Positions 7,424 to 17,115 of a DNA stretch of 64,000 nucleotides are shown one piece after another; position 1 is the first letter of the stretch, and each line of letters starts with the position of its first letter. The notes under the pieces are model-generated. The model ran no database searches and was not told the DNA's origin. It saw only the letters and a list, made by a program, of their open reading frames with translations. Location of the stretch: NCBI GenBank assembly GCA_963664085.2, contig CAXXLO010000002.1:3680290-3744289 (forward strand), read 5' to 3'. Both the position numbers and the translations under genes were made by a program. The stretch comes from Caldilineaceae bacterium. Lineage in GTDB: Bacteria; Chloroflexota; Anaerolineae; Caldilineales; Caldilineaceae.

Positions 7424-9067
7424 ATGACCGTTCCCGAGCCCAAGAGCCGCAGCGAGCAACGCGACATTCAACAGAAGACCGACGCCATCTTGCGCGGCGA
7501 GCGGCCCGTCGACAGGGACTACCCCTACATTCCCCCCGACTACGAGGTCCCGTTCCCGCACATCGGGACCGACAGACAGCTGTTTCTGGACAATTTCATT
7601 CTCGATCATCTTGACGGCGTCAAGAGGGAGCTGTGCGCGCCGCAGAAGGCACCCGAACCACTGCTCTCCTTTACGGACCTTCCATGGGAGCAGGTACAGT
7701 TCAACCCGGGCACGGCCGGCGTGGTCCACGATCCCGACGACGGGCTGTTCAAAATGTGGTACTGGCAGGGCCTGGCCGGCGAACCTTTCAACACCAGCCA
7801 GGTGCTCTGCTACGCTGAATCAAAGGACGCCCTCCACTGGGAGAAACCGCTGCGGGATGACTGTATCCCTTTTCAGGGCCATACCGCCACCAACATCGTA
7901 CACCCGGACGTCTCCCAGTCCGGGCTGGCACTGAACCACGACCGCAGCGACAGCGAGCGAAAGTACCTGCTCGTGAACTGGCCGCCGAAAACGGCAGCCA
8001 AGCGACCGCCCGGCAGCCCGCGCCTCTCCAGCGTCGACGCCTCGCCCGACGGCATTCACTGGCAGACGATCAGCGAAGAGAGCCGCCTGCCCCATCACCA
8101 CGAGCAGAAGATAATCTGGGACGAAGGCATACAGCGCTATATAGGCTACAGCCAGTACTCCCACCACCAGGATTTCCTGTACCGCAAACGTCAGATTGGC
8201 CGCCAGGAGAGCGCCGACTTCATCAACTGGTCGCCCAAGGAGGTGGTCCTGTCGGCAGACTGGGACGCCAAACTTCCGCCCGACATGGAGATGCACGACA
8301 TGTCTGTGCGCAAGGTCGGGGGCCTGTACATCGGCATAACGTCAGAGTTCCTGGCAGAACCGTTCTGGCAGGAACGGGAGGGCCGCAACTGGCGCGATCA
8401 GGCGTTCGCCCGGCTCGGCCTCTACACGAGCCGCGACGGCAGACGCTGGCAGCGCGCCGGCGGCCCCGGCCCCTGGGTGGATACCGGCGCGCCGGGCGAA
8501 CAGGACTACGGCTTCGCCTGCTTCACACCGGCCGGCGAGCTGGTCCACAACGGCAAGCTGGTCATCCCCTACAGCGCCAATCCCCAGAAGCAGAGCTGGC
8601 TGCAACAGGGACCGCCCACTCCACTCTATCCGCAAGAGGCGTACAGGCTTCAGCAGGAGGCATGGCACGCCCGCGAGGCGCTGCAGGACGGTCCCATTCC
8701 CAAACGAGCCGTGGGCGGACTGATCCTGCGCGAGGACGGCTGGGCAAAGCTCACCCCGGACTATGAGAGCGGCCAGGTCTACACCAAGCAGTTCGTCTTT
8801 GAAGGGGATGCGCTGCGCGTGAACGCCGACTGCAGCTACGGTTACGTGCGGGTCGAACTCCTCGACCCAACGTTCGCCCCCTACGAAGGTTTCTCAGCCG
8901 AGCTGTGCGACGCGCTCACCGGCGCGGCGGACGAAATCTGGCACACGGTCAGCTGGCAAGGCAAGAGCGATCTGCGCGCCCTGTGGAACAGGCCGGTACG
9001 CATCCGCTTCACCCTGCGTGAAGCCAGCATTTACGCTTTTCAGTTTTTCGAATCCATGTCAGAATGA
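7424..9067 (+). CDS. Beta-propeller glycoside-hydrolase-like protein, paralogue 2
   Basis: 547 aa. Motifs YPYIPPDYEVPFPHIGTDRQLFLDNFILD, CYAESKDALHWEKPL, GRQESADFINWSPK and FVFEGDALRVNADCSYGYVRVELLD are closely parallel to 12791..14506. Confidence 0.8.
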   Translation: MTVPEPKSRSEQRDIQQKTDAILRGERPVDRDYPYIPPDYEVPFPHIGTDRQLFLDNFILDHLDGVKRELCAPQKAPEPLLSFTDLPWEQVQFNPGTAGVVHDPDDGLFKMWYWQGLAGEPFNTSQVLCYAESKDALHWEKPLRDDCIPFQGHTATNIVHPDVSQSGLALNHDRSDSERKYLLVNWPPKTAAKRPPGSPRLSSVDASPDGIHWQTISEESRLPHHHEQKIIWDEGIQRYIGYSQYSHHQDFLYRKRQIGRQESADFINWSPKEVVLSADWDAKLPPDMEMHDMSVRKVGGLYIGITSEFLAEPFWQEREGRNWRDQAFARLGLYTSRDGRRWQRAGGPGPWVDTGAPGEQDYGFACFTPAGELVHNGKLVIPYSANPQKQSWLQQGPPTPLYPQEAYRLQQEAWHAREALQDGPIPKRAVGGLILREDGWAKLTPDYESGQVYTKQFVFEGDALRVNADCSYGYVRVELLDPTFAPYEGFSAELCDALTGAADEIWHTVSWQGKSDLRALWNRPVRIRFTLREASIYAFQFFESMSE

Positions 9068-9113
9068 CGGCAGACCAGCAATTATGTCCTGAAAGAACAG
9101 AAAGGAGCCGAAG

Positions 9114-10757
9114 ATGGGAACAGATCTGAAGGTCCACAATCCGATGGGCTACCCGCCGCAGATCGATCAGAAGCACCTGGCCCCGCGCGTCAGCGACCTG
9201 GCCGGCAAGACGGTGTATCTCGTCGACTGCCGCTTTGACGACGGCGACATCCTGGTCGAGCAGATGGCCAACTGGTTCCGCGACAACCGGCCCGACATCA
9301 ACGTCGAGGTGCGGCGCAAGTCGGGCGTCTATACTGAACGGGACGAGAATCTCTACAAGGAGATCCAGCAGAAAGGAGCGGGGGCGGTCATGGCCGTCGG
9401 CCATTGAAGTACCTGCGCGCCGGCGGTCGCCGACCAATGCATTATTCTGGAAACCGAGTACAACGTTCCGACAGCCTCCATCCAGACGGGGATATTCCTG
9501 GACCTGGTGAAGGCCTCCACGCTTCAGCAGGGCATTCCTTATTTGCGGCACGCGTTTGTGCCGCAGCCGGTGATGGGCCGGTCGCCGGCCCAATTGAGAG
9601 CGTACGTCGACGGTCCTGACGACATAACGGGCCGTCCCTTCATGGGCGAAGTTATCGCCGCGCTGACCCGGCCGCGGACGGGCGACGAGACCCGCAGCCA
9701 CGACTTCGACCGCTCGACACCGCGTTTCGTCGAGCCGGACACGGAGGAGAACCTGAACCGGCTCTTCGCCGAGAATCTCTGGACCGACATGCTGCCGATC
9801 ATCCTCCCCACCGAGGCGCGCGTCGCCGCGATGTTGGAGGGCACGAGCCGCAGCCCCGACACGGTGGTAGGCCGGATGCGCCCGACGGGAACCCGCGAGG
9901 CCTGGGAGTACACGGTGGAAAAGGTGGCGGTCAACGCGGTGATGGCCGGCGCCAAACCGGAGTACCTGCCGGTCATTCTGGCGCTGGCGGCCACAGGCGC
10001 CTCGGCGCGGGCCAGCACGACCAGCTCCGCCGCCGCGATGGCAGTCGTCAACGGTCCCGTCCGGCATGAGATCGAGATGAATTGGGGCATCGGCGCGATG
10101 GGACCCTACAACCACGCCAACGCCACAATCGGCCGCGCCTTCGGTCTGCTCTCGCAGAACCTGCAGGGCGGCTCGGTACCCAAAGAGACCTATCTCGGCT
10201 CCCAGGGCAACAATTACGCGTACAACAGCGTGACCTTCGCGGAAAACGAGGAACGCAGCCCGTGGGTACCGTTCCACGTCCAGCATGGATTCGAGGCCGA
10301 CCAGAGCGCGGTCAGCGTTTTCGGTGGCTGCCGTTCGACGGCCTTCAATCTCGGCCTGCGGGCGAAGCACTGGGAGGATCATGTACGCAACATGCTGCGG
10401 GGCCTCAACCCGCATAACCCGCCCACCTTCGTGCTCGATCCAATCACCGCGCAGCAGTTCATCGATCGCGGCGGCTTCGATACCAAGGAGAAGCTGATCC
10501 AGTGGGTATACGAAAATGCCACCATGCCGGCCGGCGTCTACTGGGACTACCAGCTGATCGAGAATTACGTTTACCCGCACGCGCTCAACGGCGTCGAGCC
10601 CTACGCCACCAAGCTCCAGGCCGCGAGCGATGAGTTGATCCCCATTTACAAGCCTGACGAGATCCACGTCGTGGTCGTCGGGGGGGAGACCAACGGCTAC
10701 TGGCGGATCATGGGCTGCAACTATGCGGGCACAGCTTCGGTCGACGACTGGCGTTGA
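9114..10757 (+). CDS. Candidate selenoprotein: UGSC-like UxxC N-domain fused to a ~400-aa domain of unknown function (in-frame TGA at 9405..9407 read as Sec)
   Basis: ORFs 9114..9407 and 9507..10757 share one frame with no other stop between them. Read-through gives ..AVMAVGH-U-STCAPAVADQCIILETEYNVPTASIQ... AAAGGAG sits before ATG 9114 and there is no SD before GTG 9507. A SECIS-like hairpin lies just downstream of the TGA. Confidence 0.55.
9414..9441 (+). promoter_or_regulatory. Candidate bacterial SECIS hairpin
   Basis: The apical stem-loop is CGGC-GGUC-GCCG (9421..9432) and the lower stem pairs 9414-9417 with 9438-9441. The GGUC loop is 21-24 nt from the U of UGA, compared with 22-25 in E. 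coli fdhF (recalled from memory). Confidence 0.4.
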
Positions 10758-10853
10758 GTGAGCGCCGGTACAGGTCAAGCGGCGCCCGGTCCGTGCGGTA
10801 GGGAATCAGGGGCGCCGAACGACGCATAAGGCGGTCTGCCAGAGGCAAGAGCG

Positions 10854-10895
10854 GGCAGGGCATGTGGAGCAAGTCCGATTTCCACCTGCCCTGCC
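10854..10895. other. Strong intergenic hairpin (15-bp stem with 1 mismatch, 12-nt loop)
   Basis: GGCAGGGCATGTGGA (10854..10868) pairs with TCCACCTGCCCTGCC (10881..10895). It lies about 100 nt after the stop at 10757 and has no U-tract. Confidence 0.5.
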
Positions 10896-10959
10896 TAATT
10901 GATCCTATCCCGTTTCCAGCGCTGAAGGGCCAGTTCAGTTTGGCCGGCAGAGCGGAGGC

Positions 10960-10991
10960 GCGCAGGGCAGGTGTCGCGCAGGGCAGGCGTC
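10960..10991. repeat. Tandem 16-bp duplication GCGCAGGGCAGGYGTC just upstream of the RBS of the 11014 gene
   Basis: Copies at 10960..10975 and 10976..10991. They share the GGCAGGGCAGG core with the arms of the 10854..10895 hairpin. Confidence 0.7.
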
Positions 10992-11013
10992 GCGCCCGGA
11001 AGGAGGAGGTGAA

Positions 11014-11814
11014 ATGGAAGAGATTACTCAACTGCGGCTGGAGGGGTACTGCCTGGTGAAAGGCGTCATTCCGCAGGAGGAGGTTGGCCGGATCCGCCTG
11101 GACGTCGACGGCGCCAGGAGCGCGGGCATGGAGGCCTACGAGAAACTGGACTGGTCGGCGGTTACCCATATGCAGTCGCTGGCGCCCTATTTCGCCGAGC
11201 CGCGTATACTACAGGTCGCGCGCACGGCGTTCAATCATGCCAAGGTGCGCATCTCGCAGACCGAGTTCAAGAGCGTACCGCCGCGGAGCAACCCGCCTGA
11301 ATGGCGTAACTTTCACTCCGACTGGCCGCACGACCTGACCGATCGCTCCTACTGCGGCCTGGTAAACCAGCCTTTCCCCGACATGGTGATGAGTCTCACA
11401 TCGATCTGGATGCTTTCGCCGTTCACCCCGGAAAACGGCGCCACCTGGGTGGTGCCCCGCACGCATCGCGACCCGCGCAATCCGAGGGGCGAGGGGGACG
11501 GCATCGACGGCTTCAGCCCGATTCCCCACGAAGAGCAGGTCTGCGGCGACGCCGGAGACGTTCTGCTCATCGACAGCCGGGTCTGGCACTCGGTCGGCCC
11601 GAATCAGACCGATGAGATCAGGTCCTGCGTGGTGGCCCGCTACTCTCCGTGGTGGCTGAGCGTGGAGTACGGAAAGCGCAACTGCGCGTTCGTGCCCGCC
11701 CACATTTTTGATTCGTTTCCGGCGGGTGTGCAGGATCTTTATGCGCACCGGCGGGTCAAGAACGAGCCGCTCGCAATCGGAGAACCGTGTCAGCAGCAGT
11801 ATGCAGAGAGGTGA
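11014..11814 (+). CDS. PhyH family dioxygenase
   Basis: 266 aa. It has HxD (NFHSDWPHD), VVPRTHRDP and VWHSVGPN, with GGAGGAGG before the ATG. It is paralogous to 25407..26219 (EITQLRLEGYCLVKGVIP versus EQLLHLKLDGWCVVRNVIP). Confidence 0.8.
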   Translation: MEEITQLRLEGYCLVKGVIPQEEVGRIRLDVDGARSAGMEAYEKLDWSAVTHMQSLAPYFAEPRILQVARTAFNHAKVRISQTEFKSVPPRSNPPEWRNFHSDWPHDLTDRSYCGLVNQPFPDMVMSLTSIWMLSPFTPENGATWVVPRTHRDPRNPRGEGDGIDGFSPIPHEEQVCGDAGDVLLIDSRVWHSVGPNQTDEIRSCVVARYSPWWLSVEYGKRNCAFVPAHIFDSFPAGVQDLYAHRRVKNEPLAIGEPCQQQYAER

Positions 11815-11864
11815 GCAACCCCGGCGGGCGTTTCAGGCTTTGCCAATCTACATACTTTGCCAAT

Positions 11865-12689
11865 CTACATCCGGTCGAGGTTCGGGAAGAAGCTGGGCTT
11901 GAGCAGCTTGAACAGATCAGGTCCGCCGATGAACCCATGGGGCACAAGAAGATCGAGCGATCGGTCTCGTTCGATGAGGTGAGTTTCGTTACTGTCGGTG
12001 TGCGGGTTGAACACAGTGCATTGGATCGCTTCCCCGCTAAACTCGCATGAGGCTGCGGCGACCTTGCAGCTAAAGTCATTGCCGTTGCCGTCCGACGTGC
12101 AATCGTACTGAAAGCCTGAGAACTCCTCGAAGGGAACGATTATGTTGAACTCGTTGGTTTCGCTGTTGCGAACCTCCCCGCCCAAAGTAGCGGGGAAAGA
12201 GAGCACCGCGTACTTTTTCCACTCTTCCAGGTCTTTTTCGGAAAGAGCGACCGATCTCTTGATATTGAAGTCGTAGACATAGTACCCGGCGCGGCGGTTC
12301 CCCGTTCGCCGGCAGAGATCGATCTGCTCTTCGAGAGTTTGCGGAGCGGCTTCCTGTCCATTGTTAGATGAAGCGCCGGCGGCGCACCCCTGCAGGTAGA
12401 GCAGCTGCGCACTGAAAGGCCCGCCAACGTATTCCCGGACTTCCTGGCCCTCAAGGTAGATCCGGTAGATAAGGAAAGCCGCGGACGCCAACAGGATGAG
12501 CAGGAAAAATGCCGACGCAATGCCCACCTGCCTGAGGCGCGGGCTCTTCACATTTAGCGCGCCAAAACCAAGCTTGAATGTCTGTGAAAGTTTCAATTCA
12601 GAGTCTCCTATAGAACAGATGCCGGTCGGGGCCCAGCCAAGCAGACCTGCACGATCAACGCAGGCAGAGCCGTAGAGGTTCCAAGTCAA
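11865..12689 (-). CDS. Hypothetical membrane-anchored protein
   Basis: 274-aa ORF, lower GC than its neighbours, with one hydrophobic helix (VGIASAFFLLILLASAAFLIYRIY). I recognise no motif. Confidence 0.45.
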   Translation of the reverse strand: MTWNLYGSACVDRAGLLGWAPTGICSIGDSELKLSQTFKLGFGALNVKSPRLRQVGIASAFFLLILLASAAFLIYRIYLEGQEVREYVGGPFSAQLLYLQGCAAGASSNNGQEAAPQTLEEQIDLCRRTGNRRAGYYVYDFNIKRSVALSEKDLEEWKKYAVLSFPATLGGEVRNSETNEFNIIVPFEEFSGFQYDCTSDGNGNDFSCKVAAASCEFSGEAIQCTVFNPHTDSNETHLIERDRSLDLLVPHGFIGGPDLFKLLKPSFFPNLDRM

Positions 12690-12790
12690 TGGAACATTGC
12701 CGAGATCGATGGCTGCCTGATTCGGAGGTCAGCCTGAGGCGCAGCCCGTATCGGTTTCGAGACATAGCGAAAGACAGGGACTGAGAACAG

Positions 12791-14506
12791 ATGACCAGTC
12801 AACAGCAGGTCGAGACGCCCGAAGCAAGGTGCGACTCGGAAATGGTCGACGTGCAGCGCAGGATGGACGAGACCTGGGCAGGCGACAGAGCGGTGGATTC
12901 CAGCACTTACCCCTATTTCAACCCCGACTACCGCCTGCCGTTCAAGCACATCGGCCTGCAAAAGCAGCTCTTCCTCGACAACTACATTCTTGACGACCTG
13001 ATCGACAGCGAACGAATCATCCCGCCCCCGCAAAAGGCCGAACCGCCGCTGATCGAGTTCGAGAACCTGCCCTGGGAGCGCTATCATTTTACCAGTGTTC
13101 CCGCAGCCGCGCTGTACGATCCCGATGACCGCCTTTTCAAGATGTGGTTCAAGACGCTGGTCAGCGGAAACACGAACACAGCTCAAGGCACAGAGGTTGT
13201 ACTCTGCTACGCCGAATCGGAAGACGCCATGTACTGGCGGAAACCGTTGCGGGAAGAGTTCCAGCCATTTGAAGACAGCAAGAAGACAAATATCGTGGTG
13301 CGAGACTTCGACAACGGCGCCATCGTCCTCAACCCGGACCGCAGCGACCCGGAGAGGAAGTTCCTGGCCGTCTACAATCCGTCAATGGAGGCCAGCAGGC
13401 GGGGCCAGCGGGTCATGTCGCGCGTGGCCGCGTCGCCGGACGGCATAAACTGGCAGGTAATCAGCGACGATTCGCCTTTTCGACACCACCACCAGATGCG
13501 GGTCATTTGGGACGACGCCTACAGCAAGTGGGTCGGCTACTCACAGGCGTCGCACGCCTTCGCCAGCCATCTCCATGTCCGCACCATTGGGCGCCAGGAG
13601 AGCGCCGATTTCATCAACTGGTCGCCCAAACAGATCATCCTTTCAAGCGACTGGGACCCCAGCGTCGGCCCCAATGTCGAGTTTCACACGATGTCGGCGC
13701 GCAAGGAAGGCGGCCTCTACATCGGCATCGTCGAGGAGGCGCACGGTGAACACCAGTGGCTGGTCAACCGCGACGGCAGCAACCAGCGCGATCAGTTCCA
13801 CACCAAGGCCGCGCTCTACGCGAGCCGCGACGGCTGCCGCTTCCAGCGCGCGGACGGCTACCGCCCCTGGGCCGACAACGGCCCGCCCGGCAGCCAGTAC
13901 TACGGCTACTTCTGTCACACGGTTGCCGGATACCTCCTTCACCAGGGCAAAATGGTGATCCCCTGTTCGGCCTTCCCGCACAAACAGCGTGACACAAGAC
14001 CCGCCGGCGTGTCCAATCACGCGCCGCTGTCTGCGGCCTCAGCCTCCCGCCGCCACATCGAGGCGCTGACCCGCCACGGATTCGGCAGCCCGATGATGGA
14101 CCACGTGCGCCCTGACCTGCCCATTCAGAGGAGCATCGGGGCCCTCGTGCTGCGGGAGGACGGCTGGGCCGCGCTCCGTCCCAAATACGAGGCCGGCCAG
14201 GTCATCACAAAGCAGTTCGTGTTCGAGGGCAATGCGCTGCGCGTCAACGCCGACTGCGGCTACGGGCTGATACGGGTGGCGTTGCTCGACTCCGAGCTGA
14301 AACCGTTTCCCGGCTTCAGCCTGGAGGATTGCTTACCGATTCACGCGCCCTCCCAGCAGATATGGCACCAGGTTGCCTGGAAAGACGCGCCCGACTTCCG
14401 CCGCTTGTGGAACAAGCCGGTGCGCATCTGCTTCTCTCTGCTGGAGTGCAGCCTCTACGGGTTCCAGTTTCATTACCGACCTGAAAGAGAAGAGGGAGGA
14501 AGCTAA
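12791..14506 (+). CDS. Beta-propeller glycoside-hydrolase-like protein, paralogue 3
   Basis: 571 aa. Motifs are YPYFNPDYRLPFKHIGLQKQLFLDNYILD, CYAESEDAMYWRKPL, GRQESADFINWSPK and FVFEGNALRVNADCGYGLIRVALLD. Confidence 0.8.
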   Translation: MTSQQQVETPEARCDSEMVDVQRRMDETWAGDRAVDSSTYPYFNPDYRLPFKHIGLQKQLFLDNYILDDLIDSERIIPPPQKAEPPLIEFENLPWERYHFTSVPAAALYDPDDRLFKMWFKTLVSGNTNTAQGTEVVLCYAESEDAMYWRKPLREEFQPFEDSKKTNIVVRDFDNGAIVLNPDRSDPERKFLAVYNPSMEASRRGQRVMSRVAASPDGINWQVISDDSPFRHHHQMRVIWDDAYSKWVGYSQASHAFASHLHVRTIGRQESADFINWSPKQIILSSDWDPSVGPNVEFHTMSARKEGGLYIGIVEEAHGEHQWLVNRDGSNQRDQFHTKAALYASRDGCRFQRADGYRPWADNGPPGSQYYGYFCHTVAGYLLHQGKMVIPCSAFPHKQRDTRPAGVSNHAPLSAASASRRHIEALTRHGFGSPMMDHVRPDLPIQRSIGALVLREDGWAALRPKYEAGQVITKQFVFEGNALRVNADCGYGLIRVALLDSELKPFPGFSLEDCLPIHAPSQQIWHQVAWKDAPDFRRLWNKPVRICFSLLECSLYGFQFHYRPEREEGGS

Positions 14507-14510
14507 GGCG

Positions 14511-16121
14511 ATGCTTGCAGACGTCAACACGACCGACATTGCGGCGGCAATCCGGCTGGGATGCCGCACGATGTGCTCGGTCTTCAACGCCGATGACGAC
14601 GACGTACCTTTTTTTGGTTCGCAGGTGTGGCCGGAGGCGTTTCTCAGCTTCAGCACGTCGGCCTCCGAGTCGCACGTGCCCGGCCGCCATCTCAACGCTC
14701 TTCTGAACGCGGAAGACGCGTTGGGCCTCAATGTGGAGGAAAGCTGTATCGACCGCCACGCCCGCGCGGCTTTCCTCTCCTACTCCGGCGAGCTTCCTCT
14801 TCCCCTTAACCGGGACCGCATTGGGGGCCCCCTGGTCCATTTCTATCCCCACAACGTGCGCGAGGGATTTCACGCCCTCTATGCGCTGGCCCGATTCCGC
14901 AACAGCGCACAAGCAGTCGAGTTGGCGGAGCGCAGCATTGGTGCGATTCAGGCGCTGTGGCGACCGGACAGGGGCTGGGACAGCGATCTGCTCAGGAGCA
15001 AGTTCGAGTTCCATCCTGCCACATTCATTATCGGACTGGCGCGGGCGATCGGTCCGCTGGTGAAGCTGCACAGGCACACGGGCTGCGCCGGCGCGCTCGA
15101 ACTGGCGCTGGAACTCGCGGGCAAGGCGACTTCGGAGTTTTTCGTTGCATCGGGGGCATACGATCGGGAGAGTTTCGGCGGGCACACGCATTCGACGACC
15201 TGCGTCATGTCTTCGCTGGCGCAGCTGGCCGATGTGATCCGCGACGCGGGCCTGATGGAACGTGTGCGCGCTTTCTATGACAACGGGCTGAACGAGATAC
15301 GCGATGCCCTGGGCTGGGTCATCGAAAGCAGCGGCGACGGGGTGGATCCAGACCGGGGCGAGGTGAACAATACCGGGGACATCGTCGAGACTGCGCTGTT
15401 GCTTGGCAAGTGGGGGTATCCGCAGTATTTTGAAGACGCCGAGCGAATCCTGCGCTGCCATCTGCTTCCCTCGCAGCTGCGGGACACCTCGTTCATTCGC
15501 GAGCTGGTCAGCGCCGGCAATTCGGACAACGGCGGCAAAACGGACAACCCCGACAGACCGGGCAGCCCTGAAATAGAGGACGGAAGACGGAATGTTGCCG
15601 ACAGGCACCTGGGCGCGTTCGGCTTTCCCGCGCCTTATGGGCACAAGACTTTGGACGCGCAGCGGATCAGCTTCAACATGGATATTGTCGGCGGCTCAGT
15701 TGGGTCGCTGTGTGAAGTTTACAGGCAGGTCGTGGATTCGACGGCGGCGGGCCATTACGTGAATCTGCACTTCGACCACGAAACGGATGCCGTAGAGGTA
15801 GAGTCGCCGTATACGCATTGCCAGATGCGCGTGCGCGCCAAGCGGCCGGGTCCCCTCTTTGTGCGGCTGCCCAGCTGGGTCCCGGTGGACGGGGTCAGGG
15901 TGGACGGTTTGGAAGAAGGCACACGTTTCCACAACGGCTACCTGGTCGTCGGCCGTCCGCCGCTAAACCGCTGGGTTACGATTCAGTTTGAACTGGCCGA
16001 ACGGGAGATCGTTCTGAGCCACCGCACGCGAGAGATCAAGGTGAAGCTTCGGGGCGATGCGGTTGCGGCCATGTCCAACTTCGGGGCCGAGCTCACCTTT
16101 TTCCCGGCGCTTGAGGACTGA
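14511..16121 (+). CDS. Hypothetical protein, possibly an alpha/alpha-toroid glycan-active enzyme
   Basis: The ORF track starts at 14373, inside the previous gene. ATG 14511 follows GAGGGAGGAAG. The protein is helix-rich with GGHTHSTTC and GEVNNTGD; the fold assignment is a weak guess. Confidence 0.6.
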   Translation: MLADVNTTDIAAAIRLGCRTMCSVFNADDDDVPFFGSQVWPEAFLSFSTSASESHVPGRHLNALLNAEDALGLNVEESCIDRHARAAFLSYSGELPLPLNRDRIGGPLVHFYPHNVREGFHALYALARFRNSAQAVELAERSIGAIQALWRPDRGWDSDLLRSKFEFHPATFIIGLARAIGPLVKLHRHTGCAGALELALELAGKATSEFFVASGAYDRESFGGHTHSTTCVMSSLAQLADVIRDAGLMERVRAFYDNGLNEIRDALGWVIESSGDGVDPDRGEVNNTGDIVETALLLGKWGYPQYFEDAERILRCHLLPSQLRDTSFIRELVSAGNSDNGGKTDNPDRPGSPEIEDGRRNVADRHLGAFGFPAPYGHKTLDAQRISFNMDIVGGSVGSLCEVYRQVVDSTAAGHYVNLHFDHETDAVEVESPYTHCQMRVRAKRPGPLFVRLPSWVPVDGVRVDGLEEGTRFHNGYLVVGRPPLNRWVTIQFELAEREIVLSHRTREIKVKLRGDAVAAMSNFGAELTFFPALED

Positions 16122-16194
16122 CGGCGCCGATATCCGCTCTGCCGGACGCATCCGATGGTTCGGCAACACGAGTCCAGAACAAAGGAAACCGATC

Positions 16195-17115
16195 ATGGCG
16201 AGCAGACCTATCCAAATTCTCCTGGTCGCCGCGCACCCCGCGGACAGCTTCGACATGGCAGGGGGCACGCTGGCCCATCATGTTGAGCAGGGCGACAGGG
16301 TAACGGCAGCGATTCTGACGACGGGCGTACGCTCGCATCACTGGGAACTGGGGGAACAGAGACGCAGGGCCGGCGCGGAGCTGGACGTGGAAGAGTATGT
16401 GGAACAGGCCGTGGAGGAGAAGCTGGAGGAGGTGCGCCGCGCCTGCCGCATCCTCGGCTTCGAGGACGTGCGCGACCTGGGCTTTGAGGACGACGACATC
16501 CTGGTCACACAGGACAAGGTCGAGGCCATCGCCGACGTCATCCGCGCGGTCAAGCCGGACATGCTGATCACCCATCATCCATTCGAGAGCGGCGGATTCA
16601 AGATGCACGGGACGACAGGGCAGTGTACGCTCTACGCCTGGCAACTCGCGCAGGGGTCGGGCCGCGGGCGCCAGGAGCGCCATCCCGTTCCCTGCATCTA
16701 CTTCATGAACCCGACCGCGTATATTGGCAACAACAGCCTGGAGTACGCGGGCACGGCGCGCGCCGATCTTTATATCGACATCACCGACGTTATCGACAAG
16801 AAGGTGCGGGCGCTGGACCAGATCGCGAGCCAGTACTACGGAGGGCCCTACGCCCGGAAGCGGGCCGAGAGTTCTGACGGGGCTTACGGAAACAGCGCGC
16901 TGGTCGCCTACGCCGAGCAGTTCCAGCGCTTCCAGCCGCAGGTCCTCTATACGCTCCCCATAACGGATGCCGAGCTGGAACGGATCACCGAGCCGCAGTC
17001 AGCGCACATGGGCCGGCGCAGTGAAATCGTTGGGGGTCTGATGCCGCTTGCCGACGGGGAGTCGTTCACGTCCCGGCATCGCATGTCCAAGGAGAAGTAC
17101 GAGGAGCGCACATGA
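16195..17115 (+). CDS. PIG-L/LmbE family deacetylase
   Basis: I trimmed the start to ATG 16195 (MASRPIQILLVAAHPADSFDMAGGTL, an AHPDD-like motif). The stop overlaps the next start (ATGA at 17112..17115). Confidence 0.7.
   Translation: MASRPIQILLVAAHPADSFDMAGGTLAHHVEQGDRVTAAILTTGVRSHHWELGEQRRRAGAELDVEEYVEQAVEEKLEEVRRACRILGFEDVRDLGFEDDDILVTQDKVEAIADVIRAVKPDMLITHHPFESGGFKMHGTTGQCTLYAWQLAQGSGRGRQERHPVPCIYFMNPTAYIGNNSLEYAGTARADLYIDITDVIDKKVRALDQIASQYYGGPYARKRAESSDGAYGNSALVAYAEQFQRFQPQVLYTLPITDAELERITEPQSAHMGRRSEIVGGLMPLADGESFTSRHRMSKEKYEERT

Noticed and set aside
9009-10778. 589-aa ORF antisense to the selenoprotein-candidate gene. Similar long antisense ORFs occur at 4731..6092, 14316..15644, 43179..44264 and 44883..45800.
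   Set aside because: These are shadow ORFs typical of high-GC DNA. Their translations are Arg/Gly/Ala/Pro/His-rich with no motifs, while the opposite strand encodes recognisable, paralogue-supported proteins.
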